The notes: generated by a model not told the origin, from the sequence alone. 64,000 nucleotides of DNA from Planctomycetota bacterium (GCA_029245865.1 JAQWOM010000043.1:76846-140845), one strand, 5' to 3'; counted from the stretch's first letter, positions 47,877 to 57,870 are shown. Made by a program: numbers and translations.

Positions 47877-47964
47877 TGGCGGAGAGGGTGGGATTCGAAC
47901 CCACGGATCCTCGCGGATCAACGGTTTTCGAGACCGCCACAATCGACCACTCTGTCACCTCTCC
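47877..47964 (-). tRNA. tRNA-Ser(CGA)
   Basis: GGAGAGG acceptor, anticodon arm GCGGT-CTCGAAA-ACCGT, long variable arm, GGTTCGAATCC, CCA. Confidence 0.95.
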
Positions 47965-48057
47965 TGGGCAAAACCATGCTGCGATGCAACGGCGTGCGCG
48001 TCGACTTCCGTCACGGGTTCCTGCAAGTACCACTCATTCTTCCGCGCACGAAAGAAT

Positions 48058-48149
48058 TGGCGGAGAGGGTGGGATTCGAACCCACGGAACGGTTTGACCC
48101 GTTCACTCGCTTTCCAAGCGAGCACAATCGGCCACTCTGTCACCTCTCC
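48058..48149 (-). tRNA. tRNA-Ser(GGA)
   Basis: Anticodon arm CTCGC-TTGGAAA-GCGAG, long variable arm, GGTTCGAATCC, CCA. Confidence 0.95.
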
Positions 48150-48235
48150 TGACCCGGTCTCTGGCTCCCTGTCCGCAAGCACGCGCTCCAGGAAGCAGAA
48201 ACCGATCGGACATTGTAGGAACCGGCTCCCACGGC

Positions 48236-48742
48236 TCAACCGTGTGGTTTGCCCTTCCCTCGGCGCGCCCTGAAGAACTCCGTGAGCATCTGGCCACAGG
48301 CCTCCCCGAAACGGGGTTCGTGAAGGGTCACACGGTGATTCAGGCGCGGATCCCGCACGACATCCCGCAAGGAACCGCAAGCACCGGTTTTGGGATCGGC
48401 GGCACCGAAGATCAAATGATCCACGCGGGCCAGGACGATGGCGCCCGCACACATGGCGCAGGGCTCCAGAGTCACAGCGAGCAGGCAACCCGGAGGAACT
48501 CGCGGGGCACCAAGCCGTACGCAGCATGCGGACAGGACCAGTCGCTCCGCATGGGCCGTAGGGTCCGAGCGGGTCTCAATCTCGTTGTGAGCTCGCCCCA
48601 TGAGTTCACCGTCGGGCGCCACAAGAACAGCACCCACAGGCACTTCTGACAGCGCAGCGGCCTGGCGCGCATCCTCCAAGGCCCACTGCATCGCCTGATC
48701 AAGCCGAGAATCATCCGGCATCTGTTGGGGGTTCTTATTCAT
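48236..48742 (-). CDS. tadA: tRNA-specific adenosine(34) deaminase
   Basis: EVPVGAV, DPTAHAE, VTLEPCAMCAGA, DPKTGACGS, LNHR, FFRARR; start approximate. Confidence 0.95.
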   Translation of the reverse strand: MNKNPQQMPDDSRLDQAMQWALEDARQAAALSEVPVGAVLVAPDGELMGRAHNEIETRSDPTAHAERLVLSACCVRLGAPRVPPGCLLAVTLEPCAMCAGAIVLARVDHLIFGAADPKTGACGSLRDVVRDPRLNHRVTLHEPRFGEACGQMLTEFFRARRGKGKPHG

Positions 48743-48958
48743 GCGCGAGATGGCGAGCTTCTGGAGCTTCTGCTTGAGGGCTCGAAAGGATCGATCTGCA
48801 AGATTCGCAGAGCCTTGGGCACTCGAAGGTACTGATTCGCCCCCGGTGAACGCAGACGGCGAAAGCAAAACAGGTCCGAATCAGGCACTGAGAGGCCCTT
48901 GAGACGTATTCCTGCGCTTTCGCCAGCCCTCTCCCAACCGTCCTTACAAAAGGAGGGT

Positions 48959-49035
<77 letters not shown>

Positions 49036-49529
49036 ATCCGACGCAGCGGGCTGTCTCACGACAACCAAAGAAAGAACAGAAAGAACATTCCCCCGCCCTC
49101 TCTGTCAACACCCCACACCATCCCTATCTCGGTTCGAAGTACCCCCGGCTTGGTGCAATCGCGGTTATTTTTCACCGAATTCTGGAAAAAGTTTCGAGTG
49201 AAACATCGCTTCAACCGCGAGACGTGTTCCGACGACGCCGTGCGTCATTCTTGGCGCTCGTACACGCCCAACACAGCGCACGTGTTGTGAGAAAAAACCC
49301 GAGAGAAAAAGGGTTTTCGCAAATGCAGACGTGTTCCGTGCACTTCCAACTTCCTTGTGCATAACTCTCAAGCAAAGCCACGCGCAGACCTCGATTCTCT
49401 GTCGTTCAGAGGACTTCCGGGATGGAATCGGCATGTTCGGCGCTTCATCCTGCCCGCATCCCACCGATCCAATAACCGAGGGGCATGTGCCCCCTCACAC
49501 ATCCTTTTGCAAAAGGGAGATCCCTGATC

Positions 49530-49847
49530 ATGGCTAAGAAGAAAGCCACTAGAAAAAAAGCGACTCGCAAGAAGGCGACGCGTAAGAAGGCAACGCGTAA
49601 GAAGGCCACGCGTAAAAAGGCAACTCGCAAGAAGGCGACCCGCAAGAAGGCGACTCGCAAGAAGGCGACTCGCAAGAAGGCGACTCGTAAGAAGGCGACC
49701 CGCAAGAAGGCGACCCGCAAGAAGGCGACTCGCAAGAAGGCGACTCGCAAGAAGGCGACTCGCAAGAAGGCGACCCGCAAGAAGGCCACGCGCAAGAAGG
49801 CCACTCGCAAGAAGGCCACGCGCAAGAAGGCCACGCGCAGGAAGTAG
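49530..49847 (+). CDS. Histone H1-like basic repeat protein, MAK-(KKATR)20-RK
   Basis: GGGAG RBS, ATG at 49530; variation between DNA repeat units is synonymous. Confidence 0.85.
   Translation: MAKKKATRKKATRKKATRKKATRKKATRKKATRKKATRKKATRKKATRKKATRKKATRKKATRKKATRKKATRKKATRKKATRKKATRKKATRKKATRKKATRRK
49539..49838 (+). repeat. 15-bp coding tandem repeat, 20 copies (consensus AAGAAGGCGACYCGC)
   Basis: Directly visible in the sequence. Confidence 0.95.
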
Positions 49848-49854
49848 TGCACGC

Positions 49855-49925
49855 CTGCCTTCGGGCAGCGTGATCCGCTCCTGAGCGGACGATGGGCGTC
49901 CTCCGGCAATCGGGGGGCGCCCATC
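49855..49925 (+). terminator. Three consecutive hairpins downstream of the H1-like gene (terminator or stability element)
   Basis: CTGCC-TTCG-GGCAG; TCCGCTC-CT-GAGCGGA; GATGGGCGTCCTCCG..CGGGGGGCGCCCATC; U-tail weak. Confidence 0.55.
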
Positions 49926-49984
49926 AGCGTTTCTAGGCTAAAACCGGGGCTAAACCGTGGAAAGCCGCCCCCCCTAGATCCGCG

Positions 49985-50659
49985 TCAATCCGAAGCCACG
50001 ACCCAGGCTTCGAGGAACTCGGGGGTCAGTTCCGCCAGCGAGCCGAGGCATTGCAGTGCACCTGCCTCTTGATGAGACGCACCGTCGTCATCCTTGGGCG
50101 GCAAGGCGACAACAGCCATGCCAGCCCGAACGGCGGCCTCCACTCCGTGCACGGCATCCTCCACCACCAGGCAGCGAGCCGGATCACAGTCCAGTTGCCG
50201 TGCCGCCTCGAGGAAAAGATCGGGAGCAGGCTTCCCCCGTGCCACGTCGTCGAGACTGACAACGGCTCCGAGCAGGCGCCTCACTCCCAACTTATCCACA
50301 ACGAGATCGACCTGAAGCTTTCTCGCCGCAGAAGCGAGCCCCAACCGATAACCCTCAATGGACAATGCCAAGAGGCAATCAAGTGCTCCCTCCATCGGAA
50401 GCAGCGTTTGTGAGGCGAGCCGGTTCAAACTCGCCCGGATCCGCTCATGCGCCAGGCGCTCGGGGTCCTCATCCAGGCTGAACTTCTTCACGAGGAGCCC
50501 GAAGAATGCACTTTCAGACATACCTCGACAGGCGTCATAGGCAGACTGCTCGAGGAACGCTCCCCGCGCGCTGAGAACCTCATTGGTCGATGCGTAGTGC
50601 ATGGGCTCGCTGTCGACCAGCACGCCGTCCATGTCGAACACAACTGCCTCGATGTCCAC
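49985..50659 (-). CDS. HAD-superfamily hydrolase (subfamily IA)
   Basis: FDMDGVLVDSE, GKPAPDLF, VVEDA..G..A. Confidence 0.92.
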   Translation of the reverse strand: MDIEAVVFDMDGVLVDSEPMHYASTNEVLSARGAFLEQSAYDACRGMSESAFFGLLVKKFSLDEDPERLAHERIRASLNRLASQTLLPMEGALDCLLALSIEGYRLGLASAARKLQVDLVVDKLGVRRLLGAVVSLDDVARGKPAPDLFLEAARQLDCDPARCLVVEDAVHGVEAAVRAGMAVVALPPKDDDGASHQEAGALQCLGSLAELTPEFLEAWVVASD

Positions 50660-50811
50660 CCGCGACTCCCGGTTTCAGGACATGCGTTCTACTCATCCCA
50701 CGTGTGACCGGTCCACTCCACGACAATGAAACCTTCGATTGACGCTTGTCTCACCCGCCCCAGGCCCTTAGAAAGATCCATATCGCAACCACGTTCCCCC
50801 ACGAGGAGCGC

Positions 50812-52464
50812 ATGACCACAACGGATTACGCCCCACCTGAAGAGCGGGAACGCTGGGGCTCACGGATTGGTCTCATCCTGGCCATGGCCGGGAATGCGGT
50901 CGGGCTCGGCAACTTCCTGCGCTTTCCGAATCAGGCAGCTCAGAACGGGCAAGGCGCCTTCATGGTCGCCTACTTCATCAGCCTCTTGCTGCTGGGCATC
51001 CCGCTCATGTGGATGGAGTGGGGCATCGGGCGACGCGGGGGACATTTCGGTTTCTCGACATGTCCGGGCATGTTCCAGAGTCTGACCCGCGCCAAGTGGG
51101 TCAAGTTCGCAGGTGCCATCGGCGTGGTCATGCCCCTGCTGATCGTCATCTACTACGTCTACATCGAGTCATGGACGCTGGGCTACGCGGTGCAATCCGC
51201 AACCGGAGTTCTCACCGGCGATGACCCCGCCGCACACTTCAAACGCTACCTCGGTGACGGTGGCGGGTTCCTGGGCTTCGAGAGCTTGCAAGGATCGTGG
51301 GAGGCCTACGGTTTCTTTGGCATCACCATCGCGGTGAACCTCTGGGTTCTGTCACGCGGACTTTCCAAGGGCATCGAAGTCATTGCCAAGATCGGCATGC
51401 CGATCCTGTTGCTATGTGCCGTCGCTCTGGTCGCGCGAGTTCTCAGCTTGCCTGACGTCGACGGTCGAACCGCACTGGATGGACTCGCCATTTACTGGGA
51501 CCCCTCCCAGTGGAAGGCACTCTTTGACAATGCCCTCGCAGAAGATTTGTTCGGAAGGACGTCAGCCATCATCTGGCTCGCGGCCGCGGGCCAGATTTTC
51601 TTCACACTCTCCGTTGGTTCGGGGGCCATCAACACCTACGCCTCCTACGTCAAGCGGGACGAAGATGTCGCGCTCACCGGACTCGCCACCGTCTCGACGA
51701 ACGAGTTCTGCGAGGTGATCCTGGGCGGCACCCTTGCGATTCCGGCCGCCTATGTGTTCACCGGCATGTCCGGCGTCATGGAGGGGAGCGGCAGCAACAT
51801 GGGGTTGGCCTTCATCACCATGCCCGATGTCTTTGAGCAGATCCCCCTCTTCGGGCAAGCCTCCGGCGTCGCGATTCTTGGAACCCTGTGGTTTGGGCTG
51901 TTGTTCGTGGCTGGCATCACGTCCTCGCTTGCACTGTCCCAGCCCACCATGGCCTTCTTCCAGGACACCATGGGGCTCACAAGGCGCAAGTCGGCCATGG
52001 TGGTGGGAGCGATCATCCTGATCTTCGTTCAACCCGTGATCCTGATGGAAGGCGTGCTGGACGAGATCGACTACTGGGCTGGCACCTTCGGACTCGTGTT
52101 CTTTTCGACCATCGAAGTGATCCTGTTCATGTGGGTCTTTGGAGCAGGGAACGCCTGGAAAGAGATCCACCTCGGCTCCGACATACGCATCCCACGCATC
52201 TTCAAGTTCATCATGACCTGGGTGACTCCGATTGTGCTGCTGCTGATGCTCTACACCTGGGGCAAGGATGTCGCCCTGGAAGTGCTCCAGTTCCGCGACA
52301 ATCCAAACGGCGATCCCTACACAGAGGCTGGCAAGGTCGGTGCCTACGTGGGGCGCACGCTCATGATCACGCTCTTCGCGTTCTTTGTGGTCATGGTTGG
52401 AGTGGCGGCACGACGCGGGCGTTTCAAGCGCGTCGAGCATCTACAGCCGGAGGATTCAGCATGA
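50812..52464 (+). CDS. Sodium-dependent transporter, NSS/SNF family
   Basis: RERWGSR, GNAVGLGNFLRFP, AAAGQIFFTLS, YASY; GAGGAG RBS before ATG 50812. Confidence 0.94.
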   Translation: MTTTDYAPPEERERWGSRIGLILAMAGNAVGLGNFLRFPNQAAQNGQGAFMVAYFISLLLLGIPLMWMEWGIGRRGGHFGFSTCPGMFQSLTRAKWVKFAGAIGVVMPLLIVIYYVYIESWTLGYAVQSATGVLTGDDPAAHFKRYLGDGGGFLGFESLQGSWEAYGFFGITIAVNLWVLSRGLSKGIEVIAKIGMPILLLCAVALVARVLSLPDVDGRTALDGLAIYWDPSQWKALFDNALAEDLFGRTSAIIWLAAAGQIFFTLSVGSGAINTYASYVKRDEDVALTGLATVSTNEFCEVILGGTLAIPAAYVFTGMSGVMEGSGSNMGLAFITMPDVFEQIPLFGQASGVAILGTLWFGLLFVAGITSSLALSQPTMAFFQDTMGLTRRKSAMVVGAIILIFVQPVILMEGVLDEIDYWAGTFGLVFFSTIEVILFMWVFGAGNAWKEIHLGSDIRIPRIFKFIMTWVTPIVLLLMLYTWGKDVALEVLQFRDNPNGDPYTEAGKVGAYVGRTLMITLFAFFVVMVGVAARRGRFKRVEHLQPEDSA

Positions 52465-52640
52465 ACGATCTTGCCTCGACACTCGGCTTGCAGGCTGCTG
52501 CAGACCTCACACCCGTGATGGGACTCGGGGGATGGCTCTTCATGGGACTGGCTTGGTTGGCCGTCACCATCCTGCTCGTCTGGTCGTACGTGCGCGTGCT
52601 CTCTGGATCGGCTGACGGATCCGACACTGACCCGTCGTGA
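52461..52640 (+). CDS. Small single-TM protein, probable NSS transporter small subunit (MetS-like)
   Basis: GGAGG RBS, ATGA overlap with the transporter stop; 59 aa with MGLGGWLFMGLAWLAVTILLVWSYVRVL. Confidence 0.7.
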   Translation: MNDLASTLGLQAAADLTPVMGLGGWLFMGLAWLAVTILLVWSYVRVLSGSADGSDTDPS

Positions 52641-53092
52641 CAAACGCCAGTCGGAGTGCCCGCCGTCAATTGGTGGAGCGCGCACGCCAAGAACTCCCCC
52701 GGCCGGGCGACCCACGACTGCTCATAGAAGACTTCCTTGAGCAGAACCTCTCCGGGCCCGAGCTCCTGGAAGTCTTGAGTCGAACGAGCCTGGCCTGGAC
52801 TCAGCTGCGCGACATGGGCCTTGAACGCTCATGGCAAGGTGGCTTTGGATGGTTTCTCGCCAGAAATCTGATGATCTTCGGCGCACTAGCTCTACTCTTC
52901 GCCCTCTCCATGGGCGTCCCGCCCCTTCCACTTGAATCTGCACTCGTCGGCGCCGCGGCTTACTACGTGCTCGTGATGATTCTCATGCCCCTACGTATTC
53001 GCAGGCACGTTCGCCGTCGCGAGGGCATCTTGCGCGCCTATCAGGAAGACCTGGGTGACTACCTCAAGACGCTTGAGTCACCCACCCCCTGA
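52637..53092 (+). CDS. Hypothetical membrane protein (2 TM)
   Basis: GTGA overlap with the upstream gene; two hydrophobic helices. Confidence 0.65.
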   Translation: MTNASRSARRQLVERARQELPRPGDPRLLIEDFLEQNLSGPELLEVLSRTSLAWTQLRDMGLERSWQGGFGWFLARNLMIFGALALLFALSMGVPPLPLESALVGAAAYYVLVMILMPLRIRRHVRRREGILRAYQEDLGDYLKTLESPTP

Positions 53093-53095
53093 GCT

Positions 53096-54397
53096 TCAGG
53101 CCGCTTCACCGTGATCGTCCAGGTGCCCCCCCGCGTCGGTCTCGAGCAGATCGCCGAACTCTCTGCTGAGTTCACCCTGAACGCAGGAAATCAACAGGGG
53201 CCGATTCTCGAGTCGCGTGTGGAGTCGCACCGGCCCTCCCCACAGAGCAGCGAGATTTTTGAGTGTGTCATCGGCCGCTGCCATCTGGAGTTCCTGCCCA
53301 CTCCAGCAATGCTCGAGTGACAGTTCACCATCACCCCCCTCGCACATCCGGATGAGGGGCTGCCCACCGTTGGTCAAACTCGAAAGAAGCTGCTCCCGCG
53401 CCATGGCACGGTCCTCTTGCGTCTTTCCTAGTTTGTGATGACGACAGAAATCGTCATCCATGAAGTTTTCGACAAAAGTCAGATCGTTGTGCACCGCTCG
53501 AACATCGAACAACTTGGCGAGAGCCGCCTCACCGCCGCCGTGCGCCTTCTCGATGGAGCGGAACAGTTCGAGGCCCAGTTTGTACGGATTCATCGGTCCG
53601 TCACTCCCACCCATGGCGCCACTGTGCTGATCTGCGTAATCAACAACCTCCGCATCACACAGCAGGCTGCTGGTCATGAGGCGACTGTGCCAGAAGCTGG
53701 CCCAGCCTTCGTTCATGACCTTGGTCAGCATCTGTGGCAAGAAGTAGTACGCCTCATCCCGCAGAATCGAGAGCACTTCTTGCTCCCAATCTGCCAGCGG
53801 GGCATCCAGCAGAAGGCGGCCAAGAATATCTCGTTCGCTGACGCCCCTGGCACTGCCCAGCGGTGGTGCATTCCCATGCTGCCCCCTCGCTCGAGCCATG
53901 GCGCCGTGATCCACCAGATTGTCCAAACTGTGCACCCGGTCGATGAATGACTCGACCACTTCCATGCCGTGACGGTCTGACAGAGCCCGTATCCGGGCTC
54001 CGTGGCTGGCCATGCCGTCCATCATGTTTCCGTCGGTGTGTGAAAACCACGCGTTGTTCGCGAAGAAGTCTGCGTGGCCGCACACGTGAGCCATCACCAG
54101 CTTTTGTTCCACAGCGGAGTTCTGACTGAGTAAATACGCCACAACCGGTCGCGTGTTCACCACCAACTCGTAGATCCGCTGCAATCCATACGTGTGGCCC
54201 TTGATCAGTCGGTCGTACTCCATGCCGAAACGCCAATAGGGATAGCGCACGGGGAATCCGCCGAGTGCGGCGATTTCATTGAGCTGCCGGTGGTCCACGA
54301 CTTCGTACACGACCTCTGGAAACTGCAAGCCTCGGCCACGAGCGAGCGACTCGACCTCCTCTTGGAGAGACGTCAATTCAGGCGAGAGGGCGCTCAT
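53096..54397 (-). CDS. spoVR: SpoVR/YcgB family protein
   Basis: GFPVRYPYWRFGMEY, IYELVVN, KLVMAHVCGHADFF, YF.PQ..TKVMNEGWASFWH, NPYKLG. Confidence 0.93.
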   Translation of the reverse strand: MSALSPELTSLQEEVESLARGRGLQFPEVVYEVVDHRQLNEIAALGGFPVRYPYWRFGMEYDRLIKGHTYGLQRIYELVVNTRPVVAYLLSQNSAVEQKLVMAHVCGHADFFANNAWFSHTDGNMMDGMASHGARIRALSDRHGMEVVESFIDRVHSLDNLVDHGAMARARGQHGNAPPLGSARGVSERDILGRLLLDAPLADWEQEVLSILRDEAYYFLPQMLTKVMNEGWASFWHSRLMTSSLLCDAEVVDYADQHSGAMGGSDGPMNPYKLGLELFRSIEKAHGGGEAALAKLFDVRAVHNDLTFVENFMDDDFCRHHKLGKTQEDRAMAREQLLSSLTNGGQPLIRMCEGGDGELSLEHCWSGQELQMAAADDTLKNLAALWGGPVRLHTRLENRPLLISCVQGELSREFGDLLETDAGGHLDDHGEAA

Positions 54398-54399
54398 AC

Positions 54400-55509
54400 T
54401 CAGAGCCCCTTACCGAGGAAAGTTTTGATCGCAGGAAGAATGCCGTCTCGGTCAAGGATCTCAGCACTGATCACATGCTCCTGACCTGTCACAGAGTCGT
54501 CGAGATCTTTCATGAACTGCCCCGACCCGTAAGCGCTCTTCACTTGTCCGTAGCAAAACATGTTGGCACCTGGCAGCAGGCGCTCGCGAAGCAACTCAAG
54601 GCACTTCTCGGTATCTCGGCCACTCCAATTGTCTCCATCCGAGAAATGAAACAGATACACGTTCCAATCCGATGCGGGGAACTGCGTGTCAATCATTTCG
54701 GCGGCGAGTTCGTAAGCGGAACTGATCTTCGTGCCACCGGACTCCCTGAGCCTGTAAAAGGTTTCCTGATCGACTTCCTTCGCGGCCGCATCGTGCACCA
54801 TGTAGCGCGTCTCCAGGCTGCGATACTGACTACGCAGCCAGGTGTCGATCCAGAAAGACACAAGCCTCACGATCTCTTTCTGCTCTCTCCCCATCGAGCC
54901 TGAAACGTCCATCATGTACAGAATCATCGCTGCGTGGTCGGGAGTGGTGACGTCCCGGAACGCGCGATAACGCAGGTCGTCTGCGATGGGAATAAGTTGC
55001 GGGTGGTCCGGGTCGTAACTCGCCTCGCCGATCTGCCGTTTCAATGTCTCTTTCATCGTTCGCCGAAGATGGCGAAGCGACCGCGGCCCACTTCGGCTCA
55101 CGCTGTTGTACTTACGACTCGCAACCTCTACGCGAGCCCGGCCACGGGGCTCGATGTTGGGCAACTCGAGTTCTTCACCAAGAATGGCCGCCATTTCGTC
55201 CAGTCGCAGCTCCACTTCCAGCAAGTGCTGACCAGCCTCACTTCCAGCGCTGCCGACAACATCACTTTCGTCGCCGGGACCCTCCGAAGGGTTCTCATTC
55301 GCGCCGGCGCCCTGCCCACCACCGTTCGTCCCATGCCGCAAGCGGGGCAACTCGATACGAGGCACCGGAATGGAAACGAGTTGCCGCCCCCGCCTCCCGA
55401 CCATCTCACTTCCCGTCAGATACTGCTTGAGATCGCGCTTGATCTGACCGCGCACGATGTCGTCGAAACGCCGCCGGTCCCGTTCGATACGCCCCACGGG
55501 GTTCGTCAC
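54400..55509 (-). CDS. yeaH: YeaH/YhbH (DUF444) vWA-like protein
   Basis: LGEELELPNI, DDLRY, MMDVSGSM, ESGGTKISSAY, FHFSDGDNW. Confidence 0.92.
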   Translation of the reverse strand: MTNPVGRIERDRRRFDDIVRGQIKRDLKQYLTGSEMVGRRGRQLVSIPVPRIELPRLRHGTNGGGQGAGANENPSEGPGDESDVVGSAGSEAGQHLLEVELRLDEMAAILGEELELPNIEPRGRARVEVASRKYNSVSRSGPRSLRHLRRTMKETLKRQIGEASYDPDHPQLIPIADDLRYRAFRDVTTPDHAAMILYMMDVSGSMGREQKEIVRLVSFWIDTWLRSQYRSLETRYMVHDAAAKEVDQETFYRLRESGGTKISSAYELAAEMIDTQFPASDWNVYLFHFSDGDNWSGRDTEKCLELLRERLLPGANMFCYGQVKSAYGSGQFMKDLDDSVTGQEHVISAEILDRDGILPAIKTFLGKGL

Positions 55510-57608
55510 GATTCGCCATCCTGCTCCGGCTCAACCAGCTTGGCATCACCTCGAGCAAAGACCCCTGCCACATGCTCCAACGCCCGCCCCGCACACCTTT
55601 CGCAGTAACCGGTGTCCGTCACGAGGCGGCCTGCGATCAGTTCCACCTTCTCCAGAACATCACGATCCACCACGGTGCTAGTCGCGGCCGTGAGCTTGAA
55701 GGTGTCCCGGCTATCCTCAAACAACTTCAACTCGAGCGCAGACCGCAAGCGAGGGTTCGACATGTAGTGAAAGCTTTCACCTCGCACCGCGAGAGCTTCG
55801 ATGTAGTTCACGATCTCACCACGAAAATCGGCCTTTCGTGATTCGGTCACGCCAATCTTTTCCTCGACTGACCTCATCAGACGCTCATCGCCGGGGCCAT
55901 CGTTTTGAACAAAATCCGTCACTGCATCGACGTAGTTGCAACACAAGCGGCAAACCGCTTCCGCGTCCCCCACGACAGCTTCGCGGACCTCGGCCTTGAT
56001 TCGCTCCTCGATTTCCTCGCGCACCAACGCGATCAGTTCCATGAAATGGCGTTTCCGCTCCTCGCTGTCCATCAACGGATGGTCATCCAACCCATGTTCA
56101 AGTGAATCCAGAACATCAAAGGGCGTGAGGCAGGGCGGCGCGCCATCGGCCACCAAGGCCGCAGCAATACGGTCCTGGACATAGCGTGGCGAGATGCCAT
56201 TCATGCCTTCCCCAACGGCTTCCCGGCGCAACTCGCTTGCCGTAGCAGAACCGAAACCATTCACAGCCTGGCCGTCATAGAGGTACATCTTCTGCATGAG
56301 CGAGATGCTGGCGTTCTTCGGCTCTTCCAACCTCGTCAACACGGCCCACATGGACGCTGCTTCGAGCGCATGTGGCGCGAGGTGACGTCCCGCGCATGAC
56401 GTCGTCCCGAAACTCTTGCGGTAAATGCGAACCTCCTGCCCGAATCGCCGGTTGTAGGGAATGTCGATCTTGCAGGTGCGGTCTCGAAAGGCCTCCATGA
56501 GTTCGTTGCCTTGCAGGCGCCGGTACTCGGGGCTGTTCGTGTGCCCTAAAATGACCTCGTCGATGTCAGTCTGCGCAAACTTCTTCGGCTTGACGGTCTG
56601 CTCCTGCGTGGCACCCAGCAAGTCGTAAAGAAAGGCCACATCGAGTTTCAGAATCTCTATGAACTCGATCATGCCGCGATTCGCGACATGGAATTCGCCA
56701 TCAAAGTTGAAAGCCCGTGGATCGCTATCCGATCCGTATTCCGCAATGTGCCGATAGTTGATGTCGCCGGTCAGTTCTGTGCTGTCCTGGTTCTTCTCAT
56801 CCTTGGGCTGAAAAGTGCCGATCCCCCGGCGGTCTTGCTCTGACAAGGTGAAGCGATAAACCTCGATGGCTCGCTCAACTGCTGCAAAATCGCCGCCCGA
56901 CTCGCGCATGATCTTGTCGTGGAAAAACCGACACAGCGGACAGGGTTCTCCAGTTGGCTGCAATTCATAATCACTGTCGAAACGCCGGTTGAGATCCGCA
57001 TACACGGAGCCCAGGACTTGCTTCGGCAAGAGGTGCAGCGGGTCTTCATGCATGGGGCAATCATGAACCTCACCGTCGATCACCCAGCGATAGCTGTAAA
57101 TGGCACCTTCCGAACGACGCGACATGTCCTGCAAGCCACGCTTCAACAATCGTGCAATGGTCGACTTGGAGCTTCCCACGGGTCCGTGCAACAACAACAC
57201 GCGATGCTCAGGTCCCAATCCATGGGATGCAGCACGTAGGTGGGCAACGAAGTCGGCAAGAGGTTGCTCGAGGCCAAAGATGGCATCGCTCCCCTTGTCG
57301 AAGGGATCTTCGAAAAACCGGTAGTGCACCGGCCGCTCGCTTCCAGGAGGGGGCGCATCGCACCCGAAGCCCTGAATCATGTCGAACATGCGCTGAAACG
57401 CATTACGCGCCAGCCTCGGATCTTCACGCACGAGTTCTAGATAGCTGGCAAGCGTTCCGGTCCAGTGGAGATCTTGCCAATGACTTCGTGTGTCGCCACG
57501 GCGGGCGAGGTTGATGTACGAAGGGATGCCAGCAAGCTCCTGGGAGTCGTCCTCGGACAACTCGCGTGGCGTACGGACAGGGCGGTCATCAATGCGGTCG
57601 TCATGCAT
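55506..57608 (-). CDS. prkA: PrkA/YeaG AAA+ serine protein kinase
   Basis: LLHGPVGSSKST, CPMHEDPL, QPKDEKNQDSTEL.G, SDPRAFNFDGE, ANRG, GISPRY. Confidence 0.93.
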   Translation of the reverse strand: MHDDRIDDRPVRTPRELSEDDSQELAGIPSYINLARRGDTRSHWQDLHWTGTLASYLELVREDPRLARNAFQRMFDMIQGFGCDAPPPGSERPVHYRFFEDPFDKGSDAIFGLEQPLADFVAHLRAASHGLGPEHRVLLLHGPVGSSKSTIARLLKRGLQDMSRRSEGAIYSYRWVIDGEVHDCPMHEDPLHLLPKQVLGSVYADLNRRFDSDYELQPTGEPCPLCRFFHDKIMRESGGDFAAVERAIEVYRFTLSEQDRRGIGTFQPKDEKNQDSTELTGDINYRHIAEYGSDSDPRAFNFDGEFHVANRGMIEFIEILKLDVAFLYDLLGATQEQTVKPKKFAQTDIDEVILGHTNSPEYRRLQGNELMEAFRDRTCKIDIPYNRRFGQEVRIYRKSFGTTSCAGRHLAPHALEAASMWAVLTRLEEPKNASISLMQKMYLYDGQAVNGFGSATASELRREAVGEGMNGISPRYVQDRIAAALVADGAPPCLTPFDVLDSLEHGLDDHPLMDSEERKRHFMELIALVREEIEERIKAEVREAVVGDAEAVCRLCCNYVDAVTDFVQNDGPGDERLMRSVEEKIGVTESRKADFRGEIVNYIEALAVRGESFHYMSNPRLRSALELKLFEDSRDTFKLTAATSTVVDRDVLEKVELIAGRLVTDTGYCERCAGRALEHVAGVFARGDAKLVEPEQDGES

Positions 57609-57870
57609 GGCACTTCACCGAAAAAGGGACTGTGCCCTTCTTATCGGAAGCCCATCCGAACAGCCTTGAGATGGAGAATTCGCTCGAGACCGCCACGAGA
57701 AGCCGGGCAAACCCCCTGAGAAGCCGCCAGCGCCCCCAAAAGCCCTCTGCAAGGCCGCCAAGGCTTCTGGCATGCCGCAGGCAATATCTGGAGTTTTCTG
57801 GGGCTCTCAGGCCCTCAGGGCACAGTTCTGTTGCAAGGACGCACCTCTTCCCCGCCCGTGCGACCGAATC

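Noticed and set aside
49539..49838. Possible CRISPR array
   Set aside because: Contiguous 15-bp units with no spacers and no cas genes; it is a coding repeat
49445..49924. Minus-strand ORF with (LRVAF)n repeats
   Set aside because: Antisense shadow of the KKATR gene; the RBS, downstream hairpins and known protein class favour the plus strand
57768..57784. Sigma-54-like TGGCATG..GC motif (also near 21588-21602)
   Set aside because: Wrong orientation with a poor -12 element in the first case and wrong GG-GC spacing in the second
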